Of a DNA stretch of 64,000 bases, positions 1 through 13,891 are shown in pieces. The notes under the pieces are model-generated. The model made no database searches. It worked only from the letters and a program-made list of their open reading frames with translations, and was not told where the DNA came from. Position 1 is the stretch's first letter; the number at the start of each line of letters is the position of its first letter. The translations under genes and the position numbers were made by a program. This DNA comes from Yuukianura sp. NJ FZ-2021 (Eukaryota), in contig CM102290.1 of the NCBI GenBank assembly GCA_046563655.1, positions 9,362,001 to 9,426,000 on the forward strand, read 5' to 3'.

Positions 1-957
1 TCAAGTTGGCTAATTCCTGTTGGAATAGTCAATGAAAACATTGCCTTTCCACCAACAATGACTCCCTACAAAATCACTTCCCTAATCCCACAATAGCAAG
101 GCCTAAAAGACGCTTCCAACCTCAACTTTTCAAACAACGGCGATTTTAAAAACATTTAACATTTGAAACTGTGAGCTCGTGGCTGATGTCAATATGCTGG
201 AAGGGAACAGTCGGTTGTCTAATCGCTGAGTCCATTCAGTGGTTTATGCCGTTAGAGATGGAGATCTGAATCTAAATTGTCCTAATGTCAATAGCATCTA
301 ATTCCCTTTCCGTTCTGTTTTAAAAACTAAACTGATAGAGCACCCTCGTACACTCAATTTAGAAAATGCAAACAAAGGAAAATCTACATGGAGCATAACG
401 CTCATCTGAAGCAGCAGTTGGCATAAGCTTAAAATTTACTAAAATTATATTCATGGCTTTAAGTTTAAAAAACTACCATTCTGTTCACCCGTGCTTGTCT
501 TTTAGCATTGTTGAACGAAAAATATTTAATTTAAAAAATCTATAAATAAACACGAAGTTAGCCAACCGCATTTTTATAAATTGTCGTTTTAATTGCGCTG
601 AACAAACTCCGATGCATTTGTACTCTTCAACCTAACTCAAATTCTTACTGAAGTTTCAGAATCGAATTTTGTTGGAATTTTTAACACGAAAATTTTAACA
701 CGAAAGGTTGAAGTGAATTACACAAAAATACGGGCATCGGTTCACGAAACACACCGAGTTTGGAAGTTTAGCTTCAATCATTTCCTCTTTTGCACGTTGC
801 AAATTTAAAAAAGAAAACGAAAATTTTTGCACCATTTTTTAAAACTAAGTTACGTTATTTGTTGAGGTTAGTTGTTTAGAAAGTTTGACTTTGGAATAAA
901 TGTAGTTATGTTTGTGTCATTTGATAGGCGTGAGTGGACAGCATGTGCTTTCACTTA

Positions 958-1788
958 CGTGGATTATTGAAGGCATGGGGTTGGGTTTCGACCCGTTTGC
1001 TGCGACCCGACGTCTCCTTGCACTCATCACCCAGAATGGCACTTACGCTAAACTTGAGAAGGGGCTTACGAGTAGTCGTGACCGTGGGAAGGCGATCTTT
1101 GGTCACAGTGGCCCCACCATGCCCCACCGGGACACTACCCGCCTTCTGCCTCGGTCTCCGCTTGAGTCTAGCTGGACTTGTTCTGCCCGGTGACAACTCA
1201 CTGTCGTCGGCACAAAAGTCAACGGAGTCGGTGGCATGGAAACGGGAGGCTCCCGAGTCAGAACTGCCCGAAGAAGGGCTCCTCCTGGCACAAACACAGT
1301 ATGGCCCTTTACACTTTGACCCACCACACACAAACAAACCACTCCCATTGCGTCCTTCGTCTTCGAAGCAGTTGTAGTGAGCTAACAGACTGGCAGAGCC
1401 TGAAATTATAAAAAAAAGAAGTTAGATTTAAGAAATTTTCCAAAAAAAACTTTCGAAAAATTTTATTCCTATAAAAGCCTTCACCGTATTGAAAATTACT
1501 TTATTGAAATATATACACCGTATTGAAATATAAATTTATAAAATCCGATTTTTTACCTGGTGGGAACGGACTTGTGGCTGGAGAGGGAGCGTGTGCGGGT
1601 GACGAGCTGCGACTCGTAGTGTCTACCTTGTCCTCGTCGTGTGTCCTTAGCAAATTGTCCATGAGAAACCCAGTAAATCCTGGCGTTTGGACGTTGTTGG
1701 AATGATGACTATGATGTGAGATGGAGTCGTGACTTAAGTAGTTTCTGTAGAAGGGCGAAGGACCTGCTGTCAGAACGTTTGGAAGCAT
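958..1788 (-). CDS. Dbx: Dbx-like (developing brain homeobox) transcription factor, 5' exons only (1788-1557, 1399-958); the homeobox must lie beyond the left edge
   Basis: ATG at 1788 (MLPNVLTAGPSPFYR). The GT donor at 1556 and AG acceptor at 1401-1400 join in frame. Two eh1-type motifs, GFLMDNLLR and LLKFSVSAILG, occur in the same order as FLVEDLIR...LKFGVNAIL in vertebrate Dbx. The homeodomain is not in the window, so another NK-class gene cannot be fully excluded. Confidence 0.7.
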
Positions 1789-4700
1789 ATTTTGACTTGG
1801 GCAAAGGTTAGAGAAAGCCTACTTTCTCCAAGAGAGCAATAATACAGTCAGCGTCCGAACCAAACACGGACAACCTTCTGATATTGTGCATCAAGATTGT
1901 TTGACACTTAATTTTCACTGAGCAAATGTCCTTTAAAAAACTGACTTCAATTCAAAATTTGACCAAACTTCTTTTCTGAAAAAAATCAGGCAGACCCAAT
2001 TTTGAAAAGACGTTGTACGTCGAAGGCGTCTAAGTCCCAACTGGACTCGTAGTTCCAAACCCTTCGTTGGGTAAGCCGGGCTTTTGCGGGTATTCTCCGT
2101 TTTGAGGAGGCAGGCGAGCAGTGAAGGGGCTGGCTTTTAAATTCTCCCGGGATTTGGAGCTCGCCCCCGCCCTTTGTGAACTCAAAATCTAGAGCCTCCC
2201 ATTGGTTCACCACTTGTGCAACACCTCTTGCAGTCACTCTTGCAATTATTTCAAAACTTCAACATTCCCCACAATGCAGAACATGAATAGAGCAACACTG
2301 CATTTCTTTTTTTTCAAGCGAACATTCCTACTAAAAAGCAATGTTTGGCCTCTCAACAACTCTATTTTGGCGCAAAAGTTGCAATAAATGCTACCCATTC
2401 TTTTTGAATGGCACTTTCTAGAATAGGGACCATTGTTTTTTACCTGCCATGGCTTCAAAATCTTCTGTAAAATGTATTCAAGCAAAGGATTCTCGTTAGA
2501 ATATAAACAAAATGTTTACAGTGATTTCAGAAGAAAAGTTATTTAAGAAGAGTAAGCACTACGCACTATTAGAAGGACATAATTCAAAGCCGGAGCCTAA
2601 TTCAAATTTGAGGAAAATTTAGAAAGGAAATTTAAAAAGCTTTTATCAAACTTTGATCAATTTTTGTTCTTTTGTGCTTTAAAAAAATCCTTTAATACTG
2701 CCTTTAGGGCTTAAACCGAAAAAAAAACACGTTCCAACGGTTTTTTTTAAACCTCATGCCGGGTCTTTAAAGAAATTCTACTTAACGTGCTTTTTCCTCT
2801 CATCTGGTAGACTTTTTTTTAACTTTTTTTGTTCTTAAAAAACTTTTTGAGAAGCGGAAGAAGAAGATGATGAGAAAAGTCCTTGATTTTAATTTGAAAA
2901 GAGAAAGGAGATCATTTGAAGGAAGGAAGAATGCGGGATAAGCAGAGAAAGCCTCAAGGAGAAAGTTCAAGGAAAAATTGCATTATATTAAAAACCATCG
3001 AGGCATGACGAAGAAAAAGTCTAATAATCTCTCCCTCCGCTTTCTTCTTAGTTTTTTTTTAAAAAGAAAATGAAGAAGAAAAAAGGCTTGTGGAATAATT
3101 TTTTTTTTGAAATTTCCAGTAAAAGATGCCAAAAGCAGATGATGGTTTTGATAATTAGAGTTTTGAGCCGCCCATCTTACATTAAGCAAAAACTTAGAGA
3201 AAGCCATCCAAAGCAATCATCCAACTTTTTTTTCAAGTTTCTGAAGCCGCGCTTTCTCTTTTTTTTAAATTTTCTTCTTGACTTATCAAACCACTATGCT
3301 TTTCTTTTCCAATTTCCATAATCCAATTGTCATCAAAACTAAATCAAGGATCCACTTTCCACTTTATGACTTTCCAAGGAGGCTTCTATTAATTATGGCA
3401 TAAGCTCAAGTGCCCTTTTTTCTAACTCGGAACTTTCTCCTGCAAAAAGTTTGAGAGTATTTTAGGAAAAGTAAATTTTGGAGTGCTGGAAAAATGGTAG
3501 AATTTTTGAAGTAAAACCTGCTTCAGAATTAATCAAAAGTTGACGAAATAAGTTAAGTGTAAGTGGAGCAGGGGGACATATGTTGGAGAGGCTTATATTT
3601 CCTTTTGAAATTGATTTTGATGAAGGCGGGAGATGACACTTTGTGGAGAGATTAGTCAAATGAATTTTGATTTGAAAAAGGAATTGATTCCCGCCTTTCC
3701 CGCACTTTCTCCGCTTTCTCCCCATGGGAGTCAGTTGTTTCTAATGGTCGCCTGCTGCATGTGGCGCCGCTTCCCTATTCTCATCATCTACTCCCCACCC
3801 CCACTTACCCTTACCCCTCCACTTCCTCCTCTGATGAGGTCTCTCTCCTCTGTGTCTGTCACCACAGCCTGTCACAAAGTCAGTTCCGGAGTCCGCGCCG
3901 TACTGAATGCTACAGCATGCTACTAACGTTAGTGTACAGGCAAGAAATAAAATTAGATCCAAAATTAACCAAGATTTGCCATGATTTGTGACCAGGATAA
4001 AGTAATAAGCATTTTAAAAACATCAAAACTTCACAGAAAATTAATTACAGAGTTATTATTGGATTTAGCACTATGAACTAAACATGTTTTTTATCTTTCA
4101 CATGTTTGGTAGCAGAAATAAAGCTGGTTTCTTTTTATACCTCAATGCAAATATATTATAAATCAACTAGAACATCAAAATTTTGAAAACTCGCGATTTG
4201 GCTTTTTTTTCAATTCTTTGCGTCTGTTTGGAATTTAAGTGAAGTGGGTGCACTTTCTCTAGTACTTTCCATTTTGCTTCTGTTGGGGGGCCTTATTGTT
4301 ACTGTTCTTTGGGATTGTACAGAAGAACCATTAATCAGAACCTCATAACAAGGAGGGTCCTCCAGAAAGAACCTATTTTAAAGTGGAAAAGTGAAAGGGA
4401 TCCAAACACTTTCGATTTTTAAGAGAGGGCCCTTAGCCTCCCTTTTGTTCACTCCTTTCTCGCATTCCATTAATCACTCACACTCACTGGACTTTAGCAT
4501 TCAAATACACAACTGAGAGGCCGTTGGGCAATTTTTAAATTTAAAATTACTCAAAGGGCTCACTAAATAATAAAAAATTTTACATTCAATTAATTTCGAA
4601 CACAATTTGTTTTTGACATAAAACAATTTCTAGAACCTCTACACTGTTTCCTGATTTACCAAAATGTACAACATTTCCGTGTCGACTTTCCACTTTCTGA

Positions 4701-5934
4701 AGATAATTTTTTTGGTAGTGAAATTTCTGGTTTCAAGAGGTTTTTTAAATTCATTTTTTCAACTTAGAAAAGGATGGGGGTCTTACAGTGTTTTTGGCCT
4801 CGTGCTTTTGGCTCATCCGTTTTTGTTCCTTTTTAAGTCTGTATTTTTAGCCAAAGCGTTGCCAATGCTTAAATGTCGGTAATCATTGCCTGATTAGAGT
4901 GAGCAAACAGGAGGTAGCACAGGGAGGACCCTTCATATTTCATTTCAAAAGATCAGGGGAATGTTTTCCTGTTGTATTCCAAATGTTATTTCATCTGCAG
5001 AGGCACAAGAAAGGTTCCTTCCAAAGTCCCGGGATGGGGGGCCCTTTAGTTGTTGCTTTATTGGTTCAGTACTTCCGCATGGCAGAGCCTCTTGGCCCCA
5101 TTTAGTACGAAGGGCTCCGAAATTAATCAAAGGGTTATTTTGTTATTCTTACAAAGTACAAATAACCTCACCGTCCCTGCCCAACCCCCAATGAATTTAC
5201 TCAACCAACTAATTCACCATTCAACCAACAATTATACATCTGAGGACACAGAGACTTCAAACTGGCAAAGGGCTCACACCTTTACAAAGTGAGGACCCTT
5301 AAGTGTGTAGTAAGAATCAATCAAACTGAGCAGGGCCCTTGATCCACTCCCACGTGGATTACTAGGTGTAAGACGGTGAAAAGCATCTTGGCTTTGATCT
5401 TTGATCGGTACGTGAAAAAAATGTGAAGTATTTTGGTGAAAACGAAATTGTTGAAAATAATCTTCTTTTCAATTTCACTTTTTGAAAAAGTTATGATTCG
5501 TTTTATATACTAAAAGCGTGTATTTGTTTTCATACACCAAAAAACTTAAACTTAAAGGACGAATATCAAAATTTTTCTGCCGTGTACTAAAATCAAAAAT
5601 GAATAAATTTCAATTTTTTCAGTTTTTGAGCTCCATGAGTTTTTACTTTAGTTAGAAATTGGTTCTTGCGTTTCAAATTGTTTGTTGTGATGTTTTGCAG
5701 CCTTGTTTTGAATTTGATATTTTGTGTGATCGTTGTCGATTTGATACGGGGCTTTTGGGTTAGGATTTTATTGAAAACAAAGAGAATAAATAGTAAAAAA
5801 AAGATTCAGACACAAAGGGCTTCATATTTATTTTGGAAGGCGTGAAAGTCAACGTGTGAGAACTAAAAATGAGGATCACACCCATAACAGTGTCATCCCT
5901 CTTTTTTAATTCTTTGGTTATCTCATGTTAAAAG

Positions 5935-6232
5935 TAAAAAAAAATGAGTGAAAGTGGTGTACACTAATAGCAAGCGTTCCTTTTAATGAAAATTTGAACA
6001 TCAGATATCAATTGCGAAAGTATTTTTTACTGTTTCTTTTAAGTTGCATATGTGAACAATTGAATTAGATTTTAATTTTTGCGTTGGAACTCCAAAATCT
6101 TGATAAGTGACAAGAAGATACGCTGCATAATGACAGACAGACAGACAGACAGACAGACACATGCATTGTATACAGCAGAATAGTTCTATACTTTTATAAA
6201 AAGTACACAAGACTGCTGTTGCTGTACACAAC
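5935..6232 (-). mobile_element. Putative non-autonomous Helentron/DINE-1-like (HINE) element containing a (GTCT)n microsatellite
   Basis: On the - strand the order is GTGTACAGCA, palindrome TACTTTTATAAAAGTA (6189-6204), TGCTGTATAC inverted repeat, then (GTCT)7. A partial TGTACAC and a T-run lie at the far end. This resembles the HINE layout; boundaries are approximate. Confidence 0.35.
6132..6159. repeat. (GACA)7 microsatellite
   Basis: gacagacagacagacagacagacagaca read directly. Confidence 0.95.
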
Positions 6233-9200
6233 AGGGATCAGTCCGAAAACGTATTTTTTATGCTCAGCCCAGCCTCCTATTGGAAAAAGAGGCTCATGGG
6301 CCAAGCGTGTAAAAAGCGGGATAATTTGAATTAGCTTAATCAAAGGCTACTGTCCTCCCTTTGCCTTAGCCAAGGTGTATGAGGGGCCAGTTTGTGAAAA
6401 GGCCTGATGATGAGTTAGGGTGAATCCCATTGTTGTCCGCAGAATGGGATGACACAGGACAGCCAAACACAATTGACAAAGTCCCTCTCACATAGCCCTC
6501 AATGCAGTGTCTCTGGGCCCTTTGTTTTCCTTATTGGACTTTGATGGGGCAGCTTTAGCTTTTTCGCCTCACCGTGGTGGATCTGGTTCCACCAATTTGG
6601 AAAGTTAAAGGGAAATGGCTCATAAGTCAGAGGGAAAGGAACGACGGATTTCATGGTCCCCTTTGCAAAAGTTAGAGGGCTAGGCACATAGTAGTGTTAG
6701 ACGCTGCAGTGCGTAACATGTGGAGAAATGGATTATTTATTTGGATGATATTAGGATTCAAAGAGAACAGATTTCTGTCACCATCAGGATCACTACTCAC
6801 AAAAGATAGAAAAGGACGACAGGGAAAAAGTCATTTCAAATCCAGGCGCTCCTTGGTCGCCCGCTTCCTTCCCAAACGCACTTCAACCTTATTTGCTTTT
6901 CCCCTCCCGCAAAATGTCCCCCCAGTTTCCTGAAAAGTTTAGGAAATTCAATTTTCAATGTCAGGCAATTTCAAAGTAACGTCTATGTCACATCAACTTC
7001 TGTCAATTCTTGTGATTAGTGCTCATCTTACGAATCTGTCCTGAACTTTCACTCGCAACTTTTGCACCGTGGAGCATAAAATCTTGGTTCTTCACGTTTT
7101 AAGTTTTAAAAATACTGCGAAGCGTTTGAGTCTGCGTAAGGTAGGATGAAGTGAGCGGGAAGGACGATCCGACACATTTTGCGGCTACTGTGCTTGTGGC
7201 CATCGTGGAATTGAGATTTTTAAGTTGTAATGGATGGTTCCTTGTGTGGCGGAGTTTTTCCAATATCTGCTTCTGACATCTCCCCATGAACCATGATATA
7301 TGCACCGACTTCAACATTCTATTTTTTAGGAACATTTACATTCAACAATTCAATTCCGAAGTTGTGAACCAGAAGAAAACCGGAGAGAGAGAGAGCAGGA
7401 AGTCGAGCACAAGGAAATTGAAAATACTGGATTCAAAATGTTGGAATTCAAAAACTTACCTCCTAACTGGAACAATTTCAGATGGGAAAAAAGGGATTAT
7501 AGACTTCAACACAAATCAAAAATCTTTTTTCAAAAGTTATTGAAAATCACATTTACTTGTAAATGGATATCCCTCCTTCTTCCAAAACAAATTCAAAAGT
7601 TTTCAGTAAAACTTACAGGAAACTCCACATTTTTAATTTCATATATTTCTCACTGAGGATTATACTTTTATTTTTTAGAAAGAGCAACTCAAAATGTTCA
7701 AACTTATGGAAAATTGAATGTAATGTGTTTATTTGTGGGTTTCCGGTAACTCATGGGTTGAAGTTGTCCATAATCCTAATAGTACCACTCCCACTTTCCC
7801 TTCACTTTCACTTTCTGTAACTGAATCCTTTGTGAAGACTCCCAAAGTCAACATTTTACTTTCTGAATGTGGCAAATGACATTAGCACTCTCTGCCTCAA
7901 GTGGACAAACAGGGAAACACATGTCAAGGGACAAAAGATCCCTCACGACCATCAAAGGGCCTCTCTTCCATTGTTGACACAAGAGACCAATCACATCAAC
8001 GTTGAAACTCATACTTAACAAACTTCAATTTAAGTTGGATATACCTAGGTTGATACAGAAAACCTCAATTCAAAATAATTCCCATCATCACAACAATCCA
8101 CGATTCATCCAAAGTGTCAACAAAACCAGCCACTGGAAACCAAAACCCTGCGTTCAGTTTCCAGATCGTCTTAACCGGTTAACTAAAAGCAAAATGCAAA
8201 CAGAGCCGAGCTTTAGTTTTACAAGATGAATTCTAAAAATCCTTTAAGGAAAAATTAGGATTTGAGTAAAATCTAGGAGTTGTTTACAACTACTGCGTCA
8301 TTTCACTGCCCTTTGTCTAGCATTTATGTGTAAATTGCGGAAAGGCATCGGAGAGTACTTGTACACTCCAAGTCCTTTTCCTAGGCACTTGAAAACGTAA
8401 CAAACAAAAGGGAAATGGCTAATGACACTTTTGACACATCGTCACAGGAGGCCAATTTCACACCTTGTTATTCCCTACCATATTTTTCTCATTTATTACG
8501 TTAGAGCTGTCCTCGACTTCTCTGATGTGACGGAGCACTTACGTTTTTCAAATTTCCCACACCACAAGGGGTCATATGTCACTTTTTTAACGGTCTTCAA
8601 AGCAGTTTCATGTCATGACCTTTGACTTTGTGTCAACGGTCATCTGTCACGTGACTCCTGTGCAGTTTCCGCGCCAAAACTTCAACTCTTTTGAACCAAA
8701 TAAGAGTGGCTGCGGCGGGGCTGTGGAGAGCAGAAAATTTGTAATGCAGGAGATATTTGGTGGAGCATCATCTGGCGTTCCGGCAGGCGGGAGTGAGTCG
8801 TGTGTTTGAAATTGAGTCGACATGATGAGTAATTCTGCTAAAGTGGGACTTGGGGAATTTGTTGTTGTTGACAGGTCCTTGGCGGGAGATGTGAAGTGAG
8901 TCAGAATTCCATATTGGATTCTGCATTGTGTCCTACTCCAGAAAGTAGGGGACTCAAGCCTCATAAAACGGAAAGTGCAAATGGAGGCAGTCAAAGTCAA
9001 CTTCGATTCAGGACTTTCTAAGGTATAAATAAATCAACACACAAACTACTTACAAATCCACTTCCCCTGTACCAAATCAAAGTCAACTTCCCACATTATG
9101 TGCCATCAATGCACCCAAATAATACACAGAACTTGAAACTCTGCAGTTTATACTTGGCGTATGGCAGAAATTGATTTCTAACAATTCTGCTGGTTGTGTT

Positions 9201-10244
9201 AAAGTTTTTTCTACATTTATTTTAGTCGTTGAACGCTTTACGCAAATGGCTTTATAAACAAAATTGAACCAAACACAACAAGCGGGGGAAATAATTTCAA
9301 CCACCATATAGCTCATTTTTTAGTGAAGCAAGCTATTTGCGACATTTCTCCCAAAAATGCGTACTCTGCTAAACGTCTTTCAAATTAGGTCGTTTTTATG
9401 TAAAACTTTTTTTTAAATGTAACAACGCTTGCTAATTTGAGTTTAATTCAAAATAGGAATATTTTATTTATGGACGGGATCAATACGGATAAGTTGAAAA
9501 GGGAATTTGAGGTTAAAAAGTAAAACGGATGAAAAGCTTACCATTCAATTTTTCCCCAGTTTACTCTAATATACTTTTCCGCATACTTTTCCACGTTAAA
9601 GAATAACAATAAAAGAACTCTAGAAAAAAGAGTGTGAATGGAAGCGATGAGTTTACTAAATGGTCGTTTTTTGGGGGTAATTTCAAGAATGGTCGCATTG
9701 AGGAAAGTCATGTATGATTGAGCGTTTTTCATTTATTGTTTCCCTCTCTGGTAAGAATGAACCCCAACACCGATTTCGGATTTTTCTTCTGCTGAAGCCT
9801 GAGAGCGTGGTTTATGGTCCTTGGTTGTCATCAATAAAGGAACAGATTTTGGTCCAACCCCCCTCCACCCTCCCCCCAACAACCGTAACTGTGCACGTAA
9901 TATGAAATGATCTGCGCCGGTTCCACTTCTGTGTAGATTCATATGCGGATGTTATTCGAATTTGAGGACCTCGGAGGAAAGTTATGGAAGAGGACGGAAT
10001 TGATTGTTTGATGATGAATTGTTTCCCTAGAAGATTATCCATCATCACTCGTGTAAGTGTAGTCACAGGTGATTGATTTTTAGTATTTTTTCCAAATTTT
10101 GAATCCACTCCGCCCCCTTCGTCGCTCTCATCAATCTTCAACCTAATTTGTGTCACACTGTCGCTAAATAAGATTCTAAGTGAGCATACAGGGTGCAATT
10201 TTCAATTTCTTGGAACTCCAGGTCCACGCATGCCTCGAGCAATA

Positions 10245-10850
10245 AATCCTGATTTCCTGTTGGAGTGAAGCTGAATGGAACTTTTTCGTTCTGTTGTAAC
10301 GAAGCTTCAACTGACTGGATCCTGTTTTTCTATTAAAATGAAGCTGCAACTGATTCCTGTTTTTCTATTAAAATGAAGCTGCAACTGATTCCTGTCGGAA
10401 TGATTCCTGTTGGAATCAAGTCTCAACTTAATGAATCCTGTTGAATTAATGCCTCAACCAGATGAATCTGTTTTTCTGTTAGTGATGCACCTCGTCTAAG
10501 TGGATGCTGTTTCCCTGTTGGAATGAAGCCTAAGCTGAATAGATCCTGTTGGAGTGATGCCTCAAACGAGTGAATCCTGCTTTCCTGTTGGAATGAAGTC
10601 TAAGCTCAATAAATCCTGTTGGGGTGATGCCTCAAAGGAGTGAATCCTGCTTTCCTGTTGGAATGAAGTCTAAGCCAATAAATCCTGTTGGAGTGATGCC
10701 TCAAACGAGTGAATCCTGCTTTCCTGTTGGAGTGATGCCTCAAAGGAGTGAATCCTGCTTTCCTGTTGGAGTGATGCCTCGAAGGAGTGAATCCTGCTTT
10801 CCTGTTGGAATGAAGCCTGAACTGACTGGATTCTGCTGGAATGAAGTGGA
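10245..10850. repeat. Minisatellite with 39-bp unit cctgttggagtgatgcctcaaa(c/g)gagtgaatcctgcttt, interleaved with 30/31-bp variant units and degenerating leftwards
   Basis: CCTGTTGG unit starts at 10545, 10584, 10615, 10654, 10684, 10723, 10762 and 10801 (spacings 39,31,39,30,39,39,39). A ~35-bp direct duplication lies at ~10321-10395. Confidence 0.9.
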
Positions 10851-13800
10851 TTTGGTTGACGGTGGTGGTGAAAGTGTATCAGTTGGTGAAAGTTGTGAAT
10901 GGAGCCTTCTGTGCCTTGATGAAGAGGCAGGGATTGGGGGGCCCAGTGGCTTGGACTGGAGGGCGGGTCCTGTTCCTTGAGCATTTAATTTGAGTCAGGA
11001 GGAGTGTGCTTGACAGCTCCTATTAAAGGGGGAAAGATCTTTTCGTTACTTTTTCCTGGAAAGGAGACCGTGTGCCGCCGCCGCTTGCCGCCAATGCCGA
11101 AAGAAGAAGAAAAAAATCCAAACCGTCAAAATCTAAAAGTCGACTTTCTCCATCGTTCTTCCCTCAAAATTACACCCTCCTACTCTGATCACTTTAGCAC
11201 TTCTAAAAGGATTTTCAAAACTTCCCGCCATTTAGAACACAACGGATTTTGAGGAATTGTTGTCTATTTTCGACAAAAATTATAACGATTACCTTAAGAC
11301 ATTTTAAGAATTTAGAAAAATTTGTGAATTCTACTGGACAATTAGAACTTTTGTAGCATAGAAAGTTGTGAAAGGTTTCAGAATTTTTTTTTATGTTAAA
11401 AACTTTTATGTTGAGCAGAAAGCCACAATTTATATGGAATAGTAGACAATAGAATTTATTCGAGTGGCGATTGTTTGTTATTGGATTTTGAAACGTCTTG
11501 AGTCACACAGTCCTTGTAATATTCTCATAAAAATGGATTTCTCACCAAGTGGGAAATTCAATCTCTCTTTTTCCTCAAAAATCGATTACGAGCAAATGGC
11601 GACTTGGTCGACTCAATTTTCTTAAGAACAACCAACAGCTTCATACTGTTCCCACCGACGACTTCCAGCATTATACTTCCCAGCATCCCAGTGAACTTAT
11701 CCCAAGCCTCCAAAGTTAAATTAAATGGATTGGAAAATGCCCATTTTAAATTGTTTCTCTTCCTTTCGATTCGGAACAGAAGGTGGGATGAATGGGTTTA
11801 TTTGGGCTTCAATTTGAAACAGTTTCTGTGAAAAGAGGTGCGAGACTTGAAAGGAATCGTGGACTGAAAGGGGTTTTTGTGTTGTTTGTCGCCGTGGAAT
11901 TGGACTGCAGACGTCGTTCTGTTTCCTTTTGAATGGGCTGGAATTAGCCGTTGATGGTGGGGAGTCTATATGGAAATGTTATGATTATGATTCGGGATGA
12001 TGGGTTTCGGAAAGAGGTTTTATGGTAACATTCTGCTACAGTAGAAAGCACTTCTAACTTCTGAAAAACCAACCCACGCAGGAGGCATTACCCTTAACAT
12101 CAACTTTCTTCTCGGCTCAAACCATAGGGACAAGTGCCCTTTCCATTTCATAACGGTGCTGTGGACTTGGTGAAAGCATTCTTACAAATTCAACCTCAAG
12201 GAACTCCAGCACACACCACCTTACCAAATGAATCTGCTTCTTACGAAGGCATTCTTCATGAAAAAAAGAAATTGACTTCTCAGGGTTCGTCAGCACCTTC
12301 CGGTTTTTCTGCTTACTTTTGGGTAGAATTTTTAATAAAATTTTGACTTAGGTAAAACACAATTTTGCCATAATAAATAAAATCAAAATAAACATAAAAA
12401 TTTTGAAAAATGTAACTATATAAACATGTTATGAAAATTGGGCTACTTTGGATTCCGCTGATGTGTTGAAAATTTGCAATTCAAAATTTTAATTTTTTTT
12501 TTCAAAACCTGAGCTAAAGAGAGAGAATTGGTAATCTAACTATTGGTTAAGATAACAAAGTAAAGTTTATTAAAAGTAAAAAATTGAGAACGACAACTAG
12601 AAACAGCCAACTAGGTTCTGCATTTTTCTTTGAAATAATTTTTACAAAAATCTGAAAATTATTTTGAATGGTTTATTTTGAAAGTACCATGGATGAAAGT
12701 TAGCAAAATGTCAATTTAGTTTTCCAGAATCACCATGCCCAAACAATGTTGGGGCCAAGAGGTTTGACTTTGCCTTTTCCAATGTTCCGTCGGAATGGAG
12801 AAAGTTGCATTGGAGAAAGTTTCCCTAACTACCCCACCTTTTGCTCTTCAAATGGAACCTTAAGGAAAAAAAAACTTAATTGAAGCAGACTCTGTGAATA
12901 GTGCAGCTAACTGTGAAAAACAGGTTCAGCAAGTTAGAGTCGTTGAAACGTTGAAGGTGTGGTTTACTTAGTTTTTTAAGCTAGGCAATTTCATCTTGTA
13001 CAGTTTTCATTAAGCTTCTATTAATTAAACACCTTACATCACTCAATTAATCAGAGAGAGAAAGTATCTGAAAGTGATAGAACGTCAAAATTAATCGAAT
13101 AACTGTCTGAGGGAAATGTAGTGAAGCACAATGGGTTTCAATTCTGCTGGGGAACTGCGGGCTTTGACATTAAAGTTACCAGAATTTTTTTTAAGATGAG
13201 GTCCGAAATCAAAAGAAAGTAAAGAAAAATCTAAATTTGATCCCATTGGGAAAATTAAGTGCGACCTTATGACCTCAAATGAATTCAAAATGGAGTCATG
13301 AATGGATTTTGAAATTATCGAGAGCAGGAAAAGGAGAAGTAGGAGGGTGATGCCCTAACTGATGCCGTTCGTCTGGACCTGAGTCCTGGGAGCTTATCTG
13401 CAATATGTCAGAAACAGTAATGAAAGTGATTTGGTTTTCCACTTTCTCCATTTGAACCACTACAAAAGAACCAGGAGAAAGTCATAAATACACCAAAGGC
13501 ACTAAACACATGTCAAAACACCAGAGACAGGCCAAGGACGACGACCGACGCTTCAGAGACACAATGGACTATGAGTTAACGACCATAGGTCGTCTGGCCA
13601 TGACGGAAAAGTGTACTCAATTTACATGGCTTTTTCATTTTCTCCTTTATCATGAAACATGAATAAAAATTAGCCGCTCGGCTCAAGTACTTTTCCAAAA
13701 CAAAGTTCAAAAGAGCCATGAGCCTTTAATAAATTCAAACCCTACGTTAATCAAACGTAGTAATGTAATTAACTTGCAAATTTTGATAGGATTAGCGTCG

Positions 13801-13891
13801 AGCGGAGCGATTGAGATGAGATGTAATTTAGAGAATTGTGCTGACTTGACCTCGGGTCAAGTCTGGTGAGGGTTCAACATTTGAGTTGTGT

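Noticed and set aside
912..1411. Overlapping plus-strand ORFs (93, 147 and 77 aa)
   Set aside because: They are antisense shadows of the GC-rich Dbx exon 2.
9812..10198. 128-aa ORF containing VMMDNLLG, resembling the Dbx eh1 motif FLMDNLL
   Set aside because: It lacks the key Phe, has no ATG at the ORF start and no convincing splice partners; probably chance.
10545..10840. Regularly spaced repeats that superficially resemble a CRISPR array
   Set aside because: The units are contiguous with no unique spacers, there are no cas genes, and the context is eukaryotic. It is a minisatellite.
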